Positions 28,670-39,335 of a stretch of DNA of 46,685 nucleotides are shown piece after piece. Numbering within the stretch: the first letter of the stretch is position 1; every line of letters starts with the position of its first letter. This DNA comes from an uncultured delta proteobacterium. GTDB lineage: Bacteria; Desulfobacterota; Desulfobacteria; Desulfobacterales; UBA2156. The notes beneath the pieces are model-generated. The model saw only the letters and a program-made list of their open reading frames with translations. It did not search any database and was not told the origin of the DNA. The stretch spans positions 1 to 46,685 of the forward strand of contig CAVTQK010000016.1 of NCBI GenBank assembly GCA_963736855.1, given 5' to 3'. Made by a program: the position numbers and the translations under genes.

Positions 28670-29017
28670 TCTTCCTTGTCTCCTGCCCTCTGTAGGCGAT
28701 CGGCTTCAAAAAGGGTTCCGGCCGTCACCGGATGTCATGTTTCGATTCATCCTCTGTTCAGGTTCCTATTTTAAATAAAACACCTGCCACCAATAAGCAA
28801 GACCGGATTAGCCACGTGGAAGGTTTGTTAAGCCCTTCCTCAATGTTATTGACTTAAGCCCTAATTATATAGAAAACTCCGAGGAATCATAAAATTCAAG
28901 AGAGGGGTTTTACCCTTCTTACAAACCAGTTCGTTAAGTCTATAACATTGAGCCCTTGGTGGCGGCAACAACACGCTATTCCATTAGAAACCCGCTGATT
29001 CAAATGTGACCCATTAG

Positions 29018-30283
29018 TCAGGAAATCACCGATGTCTCCATGCTCAACAGTTTTGGCCCCTGTTTGATCCGGAATCTTTCTTCCACGGTTTCCCATATCC
29101 ATCCTGAATAACCATAGCCACCCACAGCTTTTACAATGAAAGCGCCCTTCCACGACGTACTTCTCGTTTCGTTGAGAACGACGGTCCCGAACTTGCCGAA
29201 TGTGTAGTCGTCCACAGGATGGCAGTAATCTTCTCCTCTTAGAGCGTTGGCCACTTGCAGAGCTGTATTCCCCCCATAAACAGCAGCCCTCAGTCCGTAT
29301 CGGTTGTTCCCTGCCCGCCTTATGATCTCCTCCGGAGAAGAAAAAGATGAAGTAAAGGCCACGGGCCCGAAAACCTCTTCCTGCATCCCGAGCATGTCGT
29401 CAGTTGCCCTCTTAACGACCGTGGGATGGATTAGATTTCCATCAATTTCGCCCCCGGTTGAAATCTCAGCTCCCTTCCGCATGGCATCTTTCAGTTGAGT
29501 TGCGATTCTCTTGACGGCAATGTCGCTCGCGACCGGGGAGACGTCCGTTCTTTCATCGGCCGGATCTCCCACGACCAGATGCTTCACTCTATCGACAAAG
29601 GCATCCAGGAACTGCTCGTATACGTCACGGTGTATGAAGATCCTCTTGGGAGCCGTGCAAGTCTGTCCGGAATATATGAATTTGGAAGTCACAAGATCAT
29701 CGAGTGCAAGATCCATGTTTGCATCGGGAAACACGATGAAAGGGTCCTGCCCCGGTCCCTCGAAAACCAGCTTTTTGCCGCTCATTCGAGCGGCTTTTTC
29801 ATATGGCATGATGTTTTCATCAAAACCGAAGATCACTATCGTGGACACATCCGGATCTTTAAACGATTCCTCCACGAAAGTTCTCCCACTTCCCCTGAAG
29901 AATGTGATATCGTCACCGAAAATGGGACGATACATCTCCTCTGTAAGGTCCATTACGCTTCGGCCTCTGGAAGCAAACTTAACGCTGACCTTATTTCCGA
30001 CCATGTAGATCGAAGTGATTGCGGTATTGAGCCAGGCGCTTCCGTTGTAGGAAAGCATGAGGGAAACACGAGACCCGGGACCGCCAAGAGGGACTCTGTC
30101 TTTTAGGAAAGAAGCGGCTTCCTCATACATACTCAGTCTTTCCGTTGTCAAATCCACTTCCCTGGCACTGTCCTTGACGGTAAAGAGAAGATCCTTAACC
30201 GCCAAATCTATCATTTTCGAGCGATGCTTTTTCAGCTCCTCAGAAAGATCGAGAACCTTTGTAAATCTTTCTTCAAAAGACAT
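29018..30283 (-). CDS. Aldehyde dehydrogenase family protein
   Basis: FEGPGQDP, SGQTCTAPKR, EEVFGPV, YGLRAAV. Confidence 0.9.
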   Translation of the reverse strand: MSFEERFTKVLDLSEELKKHRSKMIDLAVKDLLFTVKDSAREVDLTTERLSMYEEAASFLKDRVPLGGPGSRVSLMLSYNGSAWLNTAITSIYMVGNKVSVKFASRGRSVMDLTEEMYRPIFGDDITFFRGSGRTFVEESFKDPDVSTIVIFGFDENIMPYEKAARMSGKKLVFEGPGQDPFIVFPDANMDLALDDLVTSKFIYSGQTCTAPKRIFIHRDVYEQFLDAFVDRVKHLVVGDPADERTDVSPVASDIAVKRIATQLKDAMRKGAEISTGGEIDGNLIHPTVVKRATDDMLGMQEEVFGPVAFTSSFSSPEEIIRRAGNNRYGLRAAVYGGNTALQVANALRGEDYCHPVDDYTFGKFGTVVLNETRSTSWKGAFIVKAVGGYGYSGWIWETVEERFRIKQGPKLLSMETSVIS

Positions 30284-30609
30284 TTTTTATTTCTCCAGAT
30301 TGCTGAGGTTCAAGAAATACGGAAATTGAATCACGAGGTGGAAAAACCGAAGAGCGCCGCAACGGCTTCATGACAACATTACGTATCTTTACGCGTATCA
30401 AAGATGTGGGTGAGTAATGACGACGCCATGGGTTTCAACCGCATACCCTGCGGAGCGGCCCTTCCTGGTAAAAAAACCGGCTCTCACTCCGCAGGGTTGG
30501 GATGATCGGTTGATTATTCGGATGATGGAAATCTCACAAATGTGATGAAAAGGGAGCTTCAGAATCCTTCTTTTTTCTCCGGAGCGACTGTGGGAACAGA
30601 TGACAAATC

Positions 30610-30900
30610 CTAAGCTTCTTCCACCAGCTTGAAGAATTCCTCCACAGGCATGACCTTGTAGACTTCGTAGTTGACCGTTCCACGCCGCACTGTGTTCACC
30701 ATTGATTTCACTCGGCCCTTTTCATCGGGAAACTCGCAGATAATCAAGTACTCGCCACGCGCCACAATGTAGTATTCCGCAAGAATCTTTCCTCCTACAG
30801 CCTCAACGCTCTTTCTTCCCATTGCAAAACGTTCCCGCGAATTCTTGATGTCCTTGTTGCCTTCAGGTGTTTTCTTCAGAAACGAAACGTAGACTGCCAT
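30610..30900 (-). CDS. GYD domain protein
   Basis: TPEGNKDIKNS..R...VEAVGGK...GEYLIICEFPD. Confidence 0.8.
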   Translation of the reverse strand: MAVYVSFLKKTPEGNKDIKNSRERFAMGRKSVEAVGGKILAEYYIVARGEYLIICEFPDEKGRVKSMVNTVRRGTVNYEVYKVMPVEEFFKLVEEA

Positions 30901-31035
30901 AGTGTCCTCCTTTTTATGTTGGAATATCCCTCGATAATATACCTACACCCTGTCTACCACTTGGGACCTAAAAAACAGAAATTTATTCTTAATTTTATAC
31001 GCATACAAAGAAATTGTCAAACATCTCATTGGAGG

Positions 31036-31193
31036 TGTAGAGAACAAATAAACTGTCCGGGTTTGTAACACATAAACTGTCCGGTTTATGAAGTCACCGA
31101 GGAGGTGGACTGATGAAGCGGACACAGTGGTTACAGGAGGCTCGGATGATGCGGTTTGAGGAGGCGTATTTTGGATGGAGTGAGGATCGGTAA
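31036..31193 (+). mobile_element. IS left-end relic with transposase N-terminus (ISNCY/IS1202-IS481-like)
   Basis: TGT terminus, tandem ATAAACTGTCCGG boxes, GGAGG RBS, then MKRTQWLQEARMMRFEEAYFGWSEDR* (31113-31193). Confidence 0.7.
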
Positions 31194-31216
31194 TTGGAAA
31201 TCACGCCTCCCTGCCA

Positions 31217-32204
31217 TCAACCGACGGAAGGGATTCTACCCCGGCTGTTCATGGCTTTAGAATCCCCTTGTACACCGATTTTCTTTGATGCCAGAACGAC
31301 CCGATTGCCTCCGGCACTCTTGGCTTCATACATGGCCAGATCGGCCCTGAGCTGAAACTTGTCGGCCTTTTCCCCGACCGCCAGTTGGGCCACGCCGATA
31401 CTCAGGGTCACAGGCCGAAGCTTCCGACCCAGATATTCCATCTTATGGGACCATTCTTGGGTAAAATGGAGATTGAACCGCTCCATGACCTGGCCGGCCT
31501 TGGCAAGCTCCGTTTCCACCAGCAGCACCGCGAATTCATCTCCACCCAGCCGGAATGCAAGGTCCGTTTGGCGAAACACAGATCCGATGCATCCAGTCAC
31601 CAGGCGAAGGATATTATCGCCCTCCTGATGCCCGTAGGTATCATTAAACGGTTTGAAGTTGTCCAAATCGAACATGGCCAGGCTCAATGGGCTTCCGTAT
31701 CGGGCGAATCTCGCCATTGCTTCCGTGAGGGCGGTATGAAAGTGTCTCCGGTTATAGAGATTCGTCAGACTGTCGGTAATGGATCGCCTGCGCAGTTCCT
31801 CCTCCAGCCCCTTCCGATCGGTCAGATCATGAAAAAACCCCACGCTCCCGACTTCGACCTCGTTTTCAAAGATCAATGCAGCGGACAGTCGGATGGGAAT
31901 CGTTCTGCCTTCAGGGCCTTTCACGGGCACCTCACAGCCCTTCTACACTTCCGGGGGCCCCATACTCTTCGCTGTATATCTGTTTCTTGATTTTCCGAGC
32001 CATCTCCGGGTCAGAATAAACCTCCTGAACAGACAACTTCCCGATCACATCCTTACCAGCCAGACCTGTCAATCTTTCAGCGGCCGCGTTAAAGATGATC
32101 ACGGTCCCCTTTCGATCGATGCCGATTATCCCATCGGGACACGTCTGAACCAATTTATCCAGGAAATCCTTGCTGGTCATCATATCCATCCTCTGTTGTT
32201 CCAA
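31217..32204 (-). pseudogene. PAS-GGDEF diguanylate cyclase split by a frameshift at ~31932
   Basis: PAS fragment 31932-32204 continues in another frame into DSLTNLYNRR, DLDNFK, RLGGDEF. Confidence 0.88.
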
Positions 32205-32979
32205 TACCGTAGGTGATCATCCTCTTCGACTCCAACGCTGAACCTGGTTATTCCTGGGAGAATAACAAAACCGGTGCTTTTTCGGTTACAAAAAAACCCC
32301 TTGTCGTATGGTTTCACAGGGCAGTACCTGTAAGACTGACGGACAAAAGGAACGCTAAAATTAGTAATTTTATACCATATGGTATGCAATTGCAAATGTT
32401 ACCTCTTTTAGGTCTTAAAGAATCCGCGCACAATCATATGTGTACGTGGAGAATTTCGGTAAACGCTCATTGCCGATCCTGAGGTGGTTTTGTGCGTAAA
32501 AAGGGGTGAAGTCTGTTGAACGGTCCTATGCGGTCGGACATGCCGCCTGCTCTCCACCCTGTGTCCTTACCGGACCGGATTCGACTTCAAGCTGCTGTTC
32601 ACGATAAGCGAATATTGCAACATAACTTACGATAGCCCCTTTGGTTAAAGCAGTTGGGAAAGCGAGATTAACGCCGATTCCGGTCTGCCGATAGCGATAT
32701 GCTCTTTGATAACTCGTTGAATGACGACGGTTTTCGGTCAAAGGCCGGAGAAATAGAATGTTTATGAAGAGGGTTGCACTCGGGGAACCAGATGGGCCAA
32801 AAGGGGCATCAGCGCGCTGATCGCCGGAAAGTGGGAACTCGCAGACGAAGTCCTGTCCGGAAGCGCCGAGGTTATCTTCACGGAGATGAGCAACCAGGAT
32901 TTTGTCTCTATGGTGTCACTCGATTTAAACAGCGCCGTGAAAAGATAGTTAGACGCGGCATATCAAGACGTGTTATAAA

Positions 32980-33126
32980 CCCTGCAGTCGTATAAAAACA
33001 TGACATGGTATAGAAAAAAGAATGATAACGGGGCATTTGAATACGTTTAGGTATGGTTCTTGAATAAACTTATATAGACTTTTAAAACAAAGAAAAAATT
33101 GTCATGTTTTATATACAACTGCAGGG
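32980..33126. mobile_element. MITE, complete copy (~147 bp)
   Basis: ~26 bp TIRs CCCTGCAGTCGTATAAAAACATGACA / TGTCATGTTTTATATACAACTGCAGGG; non-coding AT-rich core. Confidence 0.85.
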
Positions 33127-33154
33127 TTTACTTAACCAGAAAAGGGGATAACCC

Positions 33155-33520
33155 ATGAAATGTAATCGCTGCGGGTTCGAAATTGGGCCGGGAGAACAAA
33201 GGGAACATATGGGGCAACCTCTATGTGAAGACTGTCACATGGATGTCCTTTCACCGGTTCGCGCATGCGATCCCTGGGCGGTGCATAGCGCAAAATCTTT
33301 CGAAAAACATGGGGGCGGAAGCGGCAGACTGACACCGATCCAATCGAAAATCCTTGGCATCTTATCCGAAACCGGCGGTATCGAACCTCAGGTATTGCTC
33401 CAGAAAATCGACGCCGACCTCACTTTGAAGGAGCTTGAACGGGAGTTCGCCACGTTACGACACATGGAAAAGGCTCGAGGAGAAAAACAAGGCCATCGAA
33501 TCCTCTGGCGGTTGTGGTAA
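33155..33520 (+). CDS. Conserved hypothetical: N-terminal Cys cluster plus wHTH-like C-terminus
   Basis: CNRC...LCEDC...ACDPWAV; LTPIQSKILGIL...LEREFATLRHME. Confidence 0.8.
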   Translation: MKCNRCGFEIGPGEQREHMGQPLCEDCHMDVLSPVRACDPWAVHSAKSFEKHGGGSGRLTPIQSKILGILSETGGIEPQVLLQKIDADLTLKELEREFATLRHMEKARGEKQGHRILWRLW

Positions 33521-33789
33521 GCAGAATGATGCCACCGAAATCGGGGATTTGAACAACTGCCTTTTGGGATGAAGTCATCGAGGTTCACTCCAAAGATCGA
33601 TCAAACTCTGTGATGAGTCTCCGGACATTCCTTCCAGAAAAAACTAGAACTCCAGAGATGCCGTTAACAAGGTTTTGAACAGGGATGCGACGTGATGGTA
33701 GATTAGGAGGCAGGCTTCGTTCTTAGACTTAACTTTTTTTAAAGTTGAACCCTAAAAAAGTCAAATTCATGTCCCGATTTGGCATTTTC

Positions 33790-35228
33790 TTACCCATGAA
33801 GGGATCGATCCAGCGCCTTTAAAGCGGCTTCCGGCATGATCTCCGCCAGTGTAGGATGGGCATGAATGGTATGTGCGAGGTCTTGAACCGTGATTCCCAT
33901 TCGAATCGCCAGTGTTGCTTCGGCAATCAGGTCGGTGGCATGCGGGCCGATGATGTGGACCCCTAAAACCTTACCGCTGCCGATTTCGGAAATGATCTTA
34001 GCCTGACCGGCAATATTCCCGACGACATGAGCCTTTCCCAGTGCTCTGAATAACACGCTGTCCGAACGAACCGGAAAACCCTGCCCCCTGGCCTGGGTTT
34101 CGGTCAGGCCGACATCGGCAACCTCCGGCGATGTGAAGATGGCACCCGGCACGCAGTTCGGTAGTCCATGTCCCGCCGTCCTCCCATGGTATTTTCAGCC
34201 GCCACCAATCCTTCCGCGGAGGCCACATGAGCCAGCATGATTTTAGAAGGCCCCAAAACATCGCCGACAGCATAAATACCGGCAGCACTCGTTTCCATCC
34301 GCAGATTGGCCTCTATCCATCCTTTCTCATCCACTTTTACACCCAGGGTATCGAAACCGTCGATAGGGGTCGTGTTGGGTTTTCGCCCCACACAGACCAA
34401 GACCTTATCCGCATTTTCGAAAAAATGATTCTTGTCCTTTTCCTCAGGATTTTCCAAAAAAGGTGACGGGCCTATGGTCAATCGCAACCGGCCTTCCGCC
34501 TCATCCACCCCTTCGATGACTCGGTTGACGATAAAACGGATTTTGCGTTTCTTCATCTCCCGCTCGAGGACCTTCGAGCAGTCTTCATCCACCGACGGCA
34601 GCGGCAGCATGCGGGACAGGGCTTCCACGACCGTCACCCGCGATCCCAGCGATGAAAACAAAAACGCAAATTCACATCCGATGACGCCGCCGCCAATGAT
34701 CAATAGGGATTCGGGGATCTTCTCAAGACAAAGCGCATGGTTGCTGGAGAGAATGCGGTGGCCGTCGAAGGGAAGATTCGGCAATTCAAGCGGACGGCTG
34801 CCTGTGGCGAGAATAAGGCGCTCCCAGGGGACTTCCTTCTCCTCCCCCCCGGGTATCCGTACTGCAACCGAACTTCTCTTTTTCAGACAGCCCGTCCCTT
34901 TTAAATACCGAACCCGGTGATGTTGCAGCAAATCGAGGATCCCTCTTCTCTGGGTTTCGACGACTCTGTTTTTTCTTTCCATCAGGCGCGGCATGTTCGG
35001 GCGGACGCCGCCTTCAAGGGTAATGCCGAATGTATCGGCTTTTCTGATCTTTTCCAAAAGCTCCGCGGCAGCGATCAGGATCTTGGAGGGGATACATCCC
35101 CAGTTCAGGCAAGTGCCTCCCACGTTTTCCTCTTCGATGAGGGTCACATCGGCGCCAAGCTGCGCGGCTCTGACCGCGGCGACATATCCTCCGGGTCCGG
35201 CACCCAGAATCACCATTTTTATGGTCAT
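33790..35228 (-). pseudogene. lpdA: Dihydrolipoyl dehydrogenase split by a frameshift near 34153
   Basis: GAGPGGYVAA, GGTCLNWGCIPSK, IYAVGD; C-part PGAIFTSPEVA...HAHPTLAE is in another frame. Confidence 0.93.
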
Positions 35229-35597
35229 GGGTCATTTCTCCTTTTGCCGTTACGGTATTTCTTTTTAAGAGCTGTTCGACCCCTTAAATCCTTTCAGAAA
35301 ATCCCCATAATCCGGTCGCAAGCTTGTAGCCATGCATTCCTTCCATCCAAATGAACCCCATGGCCGGCAAGCCGATGATGTTTCATGTAAGGCCCGGAAA
35401 GCCTGAGACTCCGGAATCATAGTGGATGGTCGTTTCACGATCTATGAATGCGTGCATCGCTTTATTTGATGAGTCGCAAAACACTTCCGTTTGTGGGTAT
35501 TAACATAAACCGTCTTTGAAAAAAATATGCTTCAGCGGATATGGAACAAATCTGGTAATATCGTATTGTCGGCCAAGGTTTCTTTGTGGTATCTTTA

Positions 35598-35733
35598 CCC
35601 TGCAGTTGCATAAAAAACATGACAAGGTATAGAAAAAAAGAATGATAACAGGGCATTTGAATACGTTTAGGCATGGTTCGCGAATAAACTTTTGGTGACT
35701 TCTAAAACAAAGAAAAAATTTGTCATATTTTTT
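35598..35733. mobile_element. Second MITE copy, same orientation, right TIR truncated
   Basis: Aligns with 32980-33113 (CCCTGCAGT...GGGCATTTGAATACGTTTAGG...AAAACAAAGAAAAAATT..GTCAT). Confidence 0.85.
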
Positions 35734-35942
35734 ACCCGGAGGGAAAGCGAGGATACCCCATCTCCTTCGTTGCCAAGGGCTCGCAGTAAAATACTACAGC
35801 TTCGCCCTTGGACGCCTTGGATCTGAGGCATCCTCGGCTTTTGCAATAGCAGGGTTTAAACCAGTAGATCATCAATTTTTCCCGTTTAAAAGACCGAGGA
35901 TCATCTGAAGTTGAACTTCTTGAATGAAAAGGAGAAGCCCGC

Positions 35943-36395
35943 ATGAAAAGAACTGCTTCATTGACCGCTATCTTTCTGGCGATCGTCTTGACCTCGGTTG
36001 CCGCTTTGGCACAGTTTGCCCGAACGGATGACGCCGTCAGGTACCGTCAATCCGTCATGTTCCTGATCGGACAGCACTTCACCCGCCTGGGTGGGATGCT
36101 GAAAGGGAGTCCTGCCTACGATAAGGAGATCTTTCTCAAAGGTGCGACACTGGTTAAGACCCTGGCAGCGCTGCCCTGGGATGCGTTTTTGGTTCCCGGA
36201 AGCGACAAGGAATCGAATATGAAAGGCGATGCCCTCAAAGATCCGGCCCGATTCAAGGAAGCGGCTAAAGCGGCGGAATCCGCCATCGCCGGCCTCGTTG
36301 CTGCATCCGGAATCGGAGATGTATCCGCGATCCAGGAACCGTTCGGGGCGGCAGGAAAAAGCTGCAAGAATTGCCATACCGCATTTCGGAAATAA
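35943..36395 (+). CDS. Cytochrome c' (class II)
   Basis: Signal peptide, AVRYRQSVM, C-terminal CKNCH. Confidence 0.93.
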   Translation: MKRTASLTAIFLAIVLTSVAALAQFARTDDAVRYRQSVMFLIGQHFTRLGGMLKGSPAYDKEIFLKGATLVKTLAALPWDAFLVPGSDKESNMKGDALKDPARFKEAAKAAESAIAGLVAASGIGDVSAIQEPFGAAGKSCKNCHTAFRK

Positions 36396-36410
36396 GGATA
36401 CCCCGGGACT

Positions 36411-37121
36411 TCAGCGCACTACAAAATAGACCGCCAGGGCGGAAACTGCGGCAACGACGGCGGCCAGCCAAAGGGGCCTCCGGGCAACATTCTGTGCCAT
36501 ACCTATAAAGGTTTTCCGGCCGGTCAGCATGGACGCGATAAGATTTTCCTTCTTATAGAGGAGGTAAAACAATACCGCGGCGATATGGAGAGTAACCAGA
36601 ACGACGAGAAGGTATGGATTTGTGGTGTGAATGGCGGTGAGACGTCGGCTAGCCGTATCGCTGACATAAGGATAAAGCGGGCCCTGGGTGAATATGTCGT
36701 CGGTAGCAAAAAGTCCTGTGACAGCCTGAATCAACAGCACAACGAGCATCGCCATAACGGACCATCCGCCCATGGGGTTGTGACCCGGATGCCTCGGTGC
36801 ATCCTTTCGAAAAAGGGTGCCCGCATAGCGCATCACCGTCTTCGGAGAGGAGAGAAAACCGGAAAAACGGGAGGTCTGGCTCCCGATGAACCCCCAGAAA
36901 ACCCGAAATACAAGCAGACCCAGGAGGATAAAACCGGAAAGTTCATGGTATTTCATGGCGTTGCCGCCGGTTTTTCCGGATATGAAAGATACGATCACGA
37001 AAAAGAACAGGGCCCAGTGAAAGATCCGCGTGGGAAGATCCCACACTTCAACGGTTGTTTGGTAAGATTGGGATCCGTTCATGATTTCGGGGCGTTCCGA
37101 CCTGTGAGAGGTTTTCGACAT
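36411..37121 (-). CDS. Cytochrome b/b6 domain protein (hydrogenase cyt b-like)
   Basis: VWDLPTRIFHW, GHNPMGG, HIAAV, ENLIASMLTG. Confidence 0.92.
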   Translation of the reverse strand: MSKTSHRSERPEIMNGSQSYQTTVEVWDLPTRIFHWALFFFVIVSFISGKTGGNAMKYHELSGFILLGLLVFRVFWGFIGSQTSRFSGFLSSPKTVMRYAGTLFRKDAPRHPGHNPMGGWSVMAMLVVLLIQAVTGLFATDDIFTQGPLYPYVSDTASRRLTAIHTTNPYLLVVLVTLHIAAVLFYLLYKKENLIASMLTGRKTFIGMAQNVARRPLWLAAVVAAVSALAVYFVVR

Positions 37122-37239
37122 TAATCCAATTTAAAAAAAATGCCTTCTATATTCAAGATGGAAATGAAACTTTTCCTTATGGCAAAACTTTTTCAATCTA
37201 TTTCGTAACGGATTACCCTTGACAAGGAGGAATACACGA

Positions 37240-37704
37240 ATGACCCCAAAAGTGAAGATGCGAATATCGGCGGCCATCATCTCCATGGGTTTTCTTATCC
37301 TTTCCGGGTTGGCCTTTGCCGGAACGGCAGAACCTAAAGAAGCGTCCGGAGATCAGACGCGGAAAGAGTTTTCAGAAACGCTGCAGGCGATCAAGGACTT
37401 TGCGGTGGAGCAGCGGGAAGAAGCCGTCAAACAGGCCAAAATCGCCCTTGAGGAAATCGACGCCGCCATCGTAAACCTGGAAGAGCGCATCGATCGGAGT
37501 TGGGATCAAATGGATCAGGCCGCCCGAAAAAAATCCCGCGACACCTTGAAATCGCTCAAAAAACAGCGAAATGAGCTTAGCGAATGGTACGGCGGGCTCA
37601 AGCATTCCTCGGCAAAAGCCTGGGGGCATGTCAAGGGTGGACTATTGAAAAGCTACCAATCTCTCAAGGAGGCTTTCCGGGAAGCGGAAAAAGAATTCAA
37701 ATAA
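37240..37704 (+). CDS. Secreted helical hypothetical protein
   Basis: Signal peptide, coiled coil, EWYGGLKHSSAKAW; AGGAGG RBS. Confidence 0.75.
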   Translation: MTPKVKMRISAAIISMGFLILSGLAFAGTAEPKEASGDQTRKEFSETLQAIKDFAVEQREEAVKQAKIALEEIDAAIVNLEERIDRSWDQMDQAARKKSRDTLKSLKKQRNELSEWYGGLKHSSAKAWGHVKGGLLKSYQSLKEAFREAEKEFK

Positions 37705-37793
37705 CGCCGCTGCTTTCAATCCCGCCATCATCCCGGCGAATCGGTCGGCGAATCGGTTTCGGACGATTTCAAACGCGTGAAGCCGCCGGCTTG

Positions 37794-39197
37794 TTAAAAG
37801 CTGCCGGATCCGTCCCAGCAGTGGGTGCAAATCTTTTCCTTGGCAATACCGATCGCCCCTATCAGATCCTCCAAACGTTGGTATTTCAAGGTCGTCAGGT
37901 GGAGCTTTTCCCGTATTTTTTCGATCATGGCCAGATTCTTCTCCGTGCCTGCCCGAGCGTATTCCCCCATATCCATCTCCTTTCCACCCTCCAGTTCATG
38001 AATGGCCTGTCTTCCGGCAAGGTCCATGGAAGACTGGGATCTGGAAAAATTCAAGAAATCGCAGGGGAAAATCAATGTCGGGCATGCGGGGCGCATATGG
38101 ACTTCCTTTGCTCCGTATTCGAATAGAACCTCAATGTTATCCTTGAGTTGGGTCCCCCGCACGATGGAATCCTCACAAAAAAGGAGGCGCTTGCCCTCGA
38201 TGAGTTTTTTTATGGGAATAAGCTTCATTCGAGCGACCAGGTCCCGAAGTTCCTGGTTCTGGGGCATGAAGCTCCTGGGCCACGTGGGCGTGTATTTTAC
38301 GAAAGGACGCTGATAGGAGATTTTTCTTTCCATGGCATAGCCCACGGCGTGCCCGACGCCCGAATCCGGGATTCCGGCCACGTAATCGATCTCCACGAGG
38401 TCTCTTTTAGCTAAAGCCGCGCCACATCTGTACCGGACACTCTCCACGTTGACCCCTTCGTACTCGGATGCCGGGTATCCGTAATACACCCATAAAAAGG
38501 CGCAGATCTGCATCCTGGGGCCCGGCGGCACCTTCGTTTCCCAGCCGTCCGGGGTCAGGAGCACCACCTCTTGGGGTCCCAGAAATTTTTCGGTCTCATA
38601 CCCCAGGTTGGGAAAGGCGCAGGTTTCCGAACTGACCGCGACACTTCCTGTCTTGCGCCCGAGGGCCAGCGGGGTCCGTCCCAACCGATCCCGGGCGGCA
38701 TAGATTCCTTTCTCCGTCAAAAGGAGCATGGAGCACGACCCTTTTATGACGGATTGGGCGCGGATGATCCCGTTCTCGAAGGAATCTTCCTCGCAGATGA
38801 GCATGGCTACGGCCTCGGTGGGGCTGGCCTCGGTCCCTGTGTTTTCGGAAAAATACCGGCGTTTCCCGAAAGCCTGGCTCACCAGGTCCTCAATATTAAT
38901 AATCCTGCCGACGGTGACAATCCCAAAGGTTCCCAGGTGAGACCTGAAGATCAAGGGCTGAGGATCGGTGTCGCTGATCACCCCGATCCCTCGGTCTCCC
39001 TTGAAGTCGGGCAGCTCGGATTCGAACTTGGTGCGGAAGTAGTTGTTTTCGATATTGTGGATGGAGCGCTGGATGCCGTACCCGTTCCTGACCGCCATCC
39101 CACCCCGCCGCGTCCCCAAGTGGGAATGGTAGTCGGTCCCGTAAAACAAGTCGTTGACGCAATCCGTTTTTGAGATCACTCCAAACATGCCGCCCAT
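37794..39197 (-). CDS. purF: Amidophosphoribosyltransferase (N-terminal Cys absent)
   Basis: AARDRLGRTPL, CAFLWVYYGYP, GIPDSG, EDSIVRGTQ, CTHCWDG; starts MGGMFG. Confidence 0.9.
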   Translation of the reverse strand: MGGMFGVISKTDCVNDLFYGTDYHSHLGTRRGGMAVRNGYGIQRSIHNIENNYFRTKFESELPDFKGDRGIGVISDTDPQPLIFRSHLGTFGIVTVGRIINIEDLVSQAFGKRRYFSENTGTEASPTEAVAMLICEEDSFENGIIRAQSVIKGSCSMLLLTEKGIYAARDRLGRTPLALGRKTGSVAVSSETCAFPNLGYETEKFLGPQEVVLLTPDGWETKVPPGPRMQICAFLWVYYGYPASEYEGVNVESVRYRCGAALAKRDLVEIDYVAGIPDSGVGHAVGYAMERKISYQRPFVKYTPTWPRSFMPQNQELRDLVARMKLIPIKKLIEGKRLLFCEDSIVRGTQLKDNIEVLFEYGAKEVHMRPACPTLIFPCDFLNFSRSQSSMDLAGRQAIHELEGGKEMDMGEYARAGTEKNLAMIEKIREKLHLTTLKYQRLEDLIGAIGIAKEKICTHCWDGSGSF

Positions 39198-39335
39198 TTT
39201 TTCCTGCTCCTTAATGATATAATTAAACCATCCCGTCCCTCTCTCTTGTTGCCGATCCCAAGAAGGCTGTGTGGCTTACCATCGACAGTCCTTCGCTTTC
39301 CATGTGTAGGGGCCGATATAAGAAAGTGTTTCGGA

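Noticed and set aside
30960..31035. dif-like target next to the IS relic
   Set aside because: No 11-6-11 XerC/D-like site visible.
32480..32975. Short ORFs between GGDEF and the MITE
   Set aside because: No recognisable motifs or RBS; probably decayed DNA.
35232..35460. Possible lipoate-pathway gene remnant upstream of lpdA
   Set aside because: No identifiable motif could be recovered in any frame.
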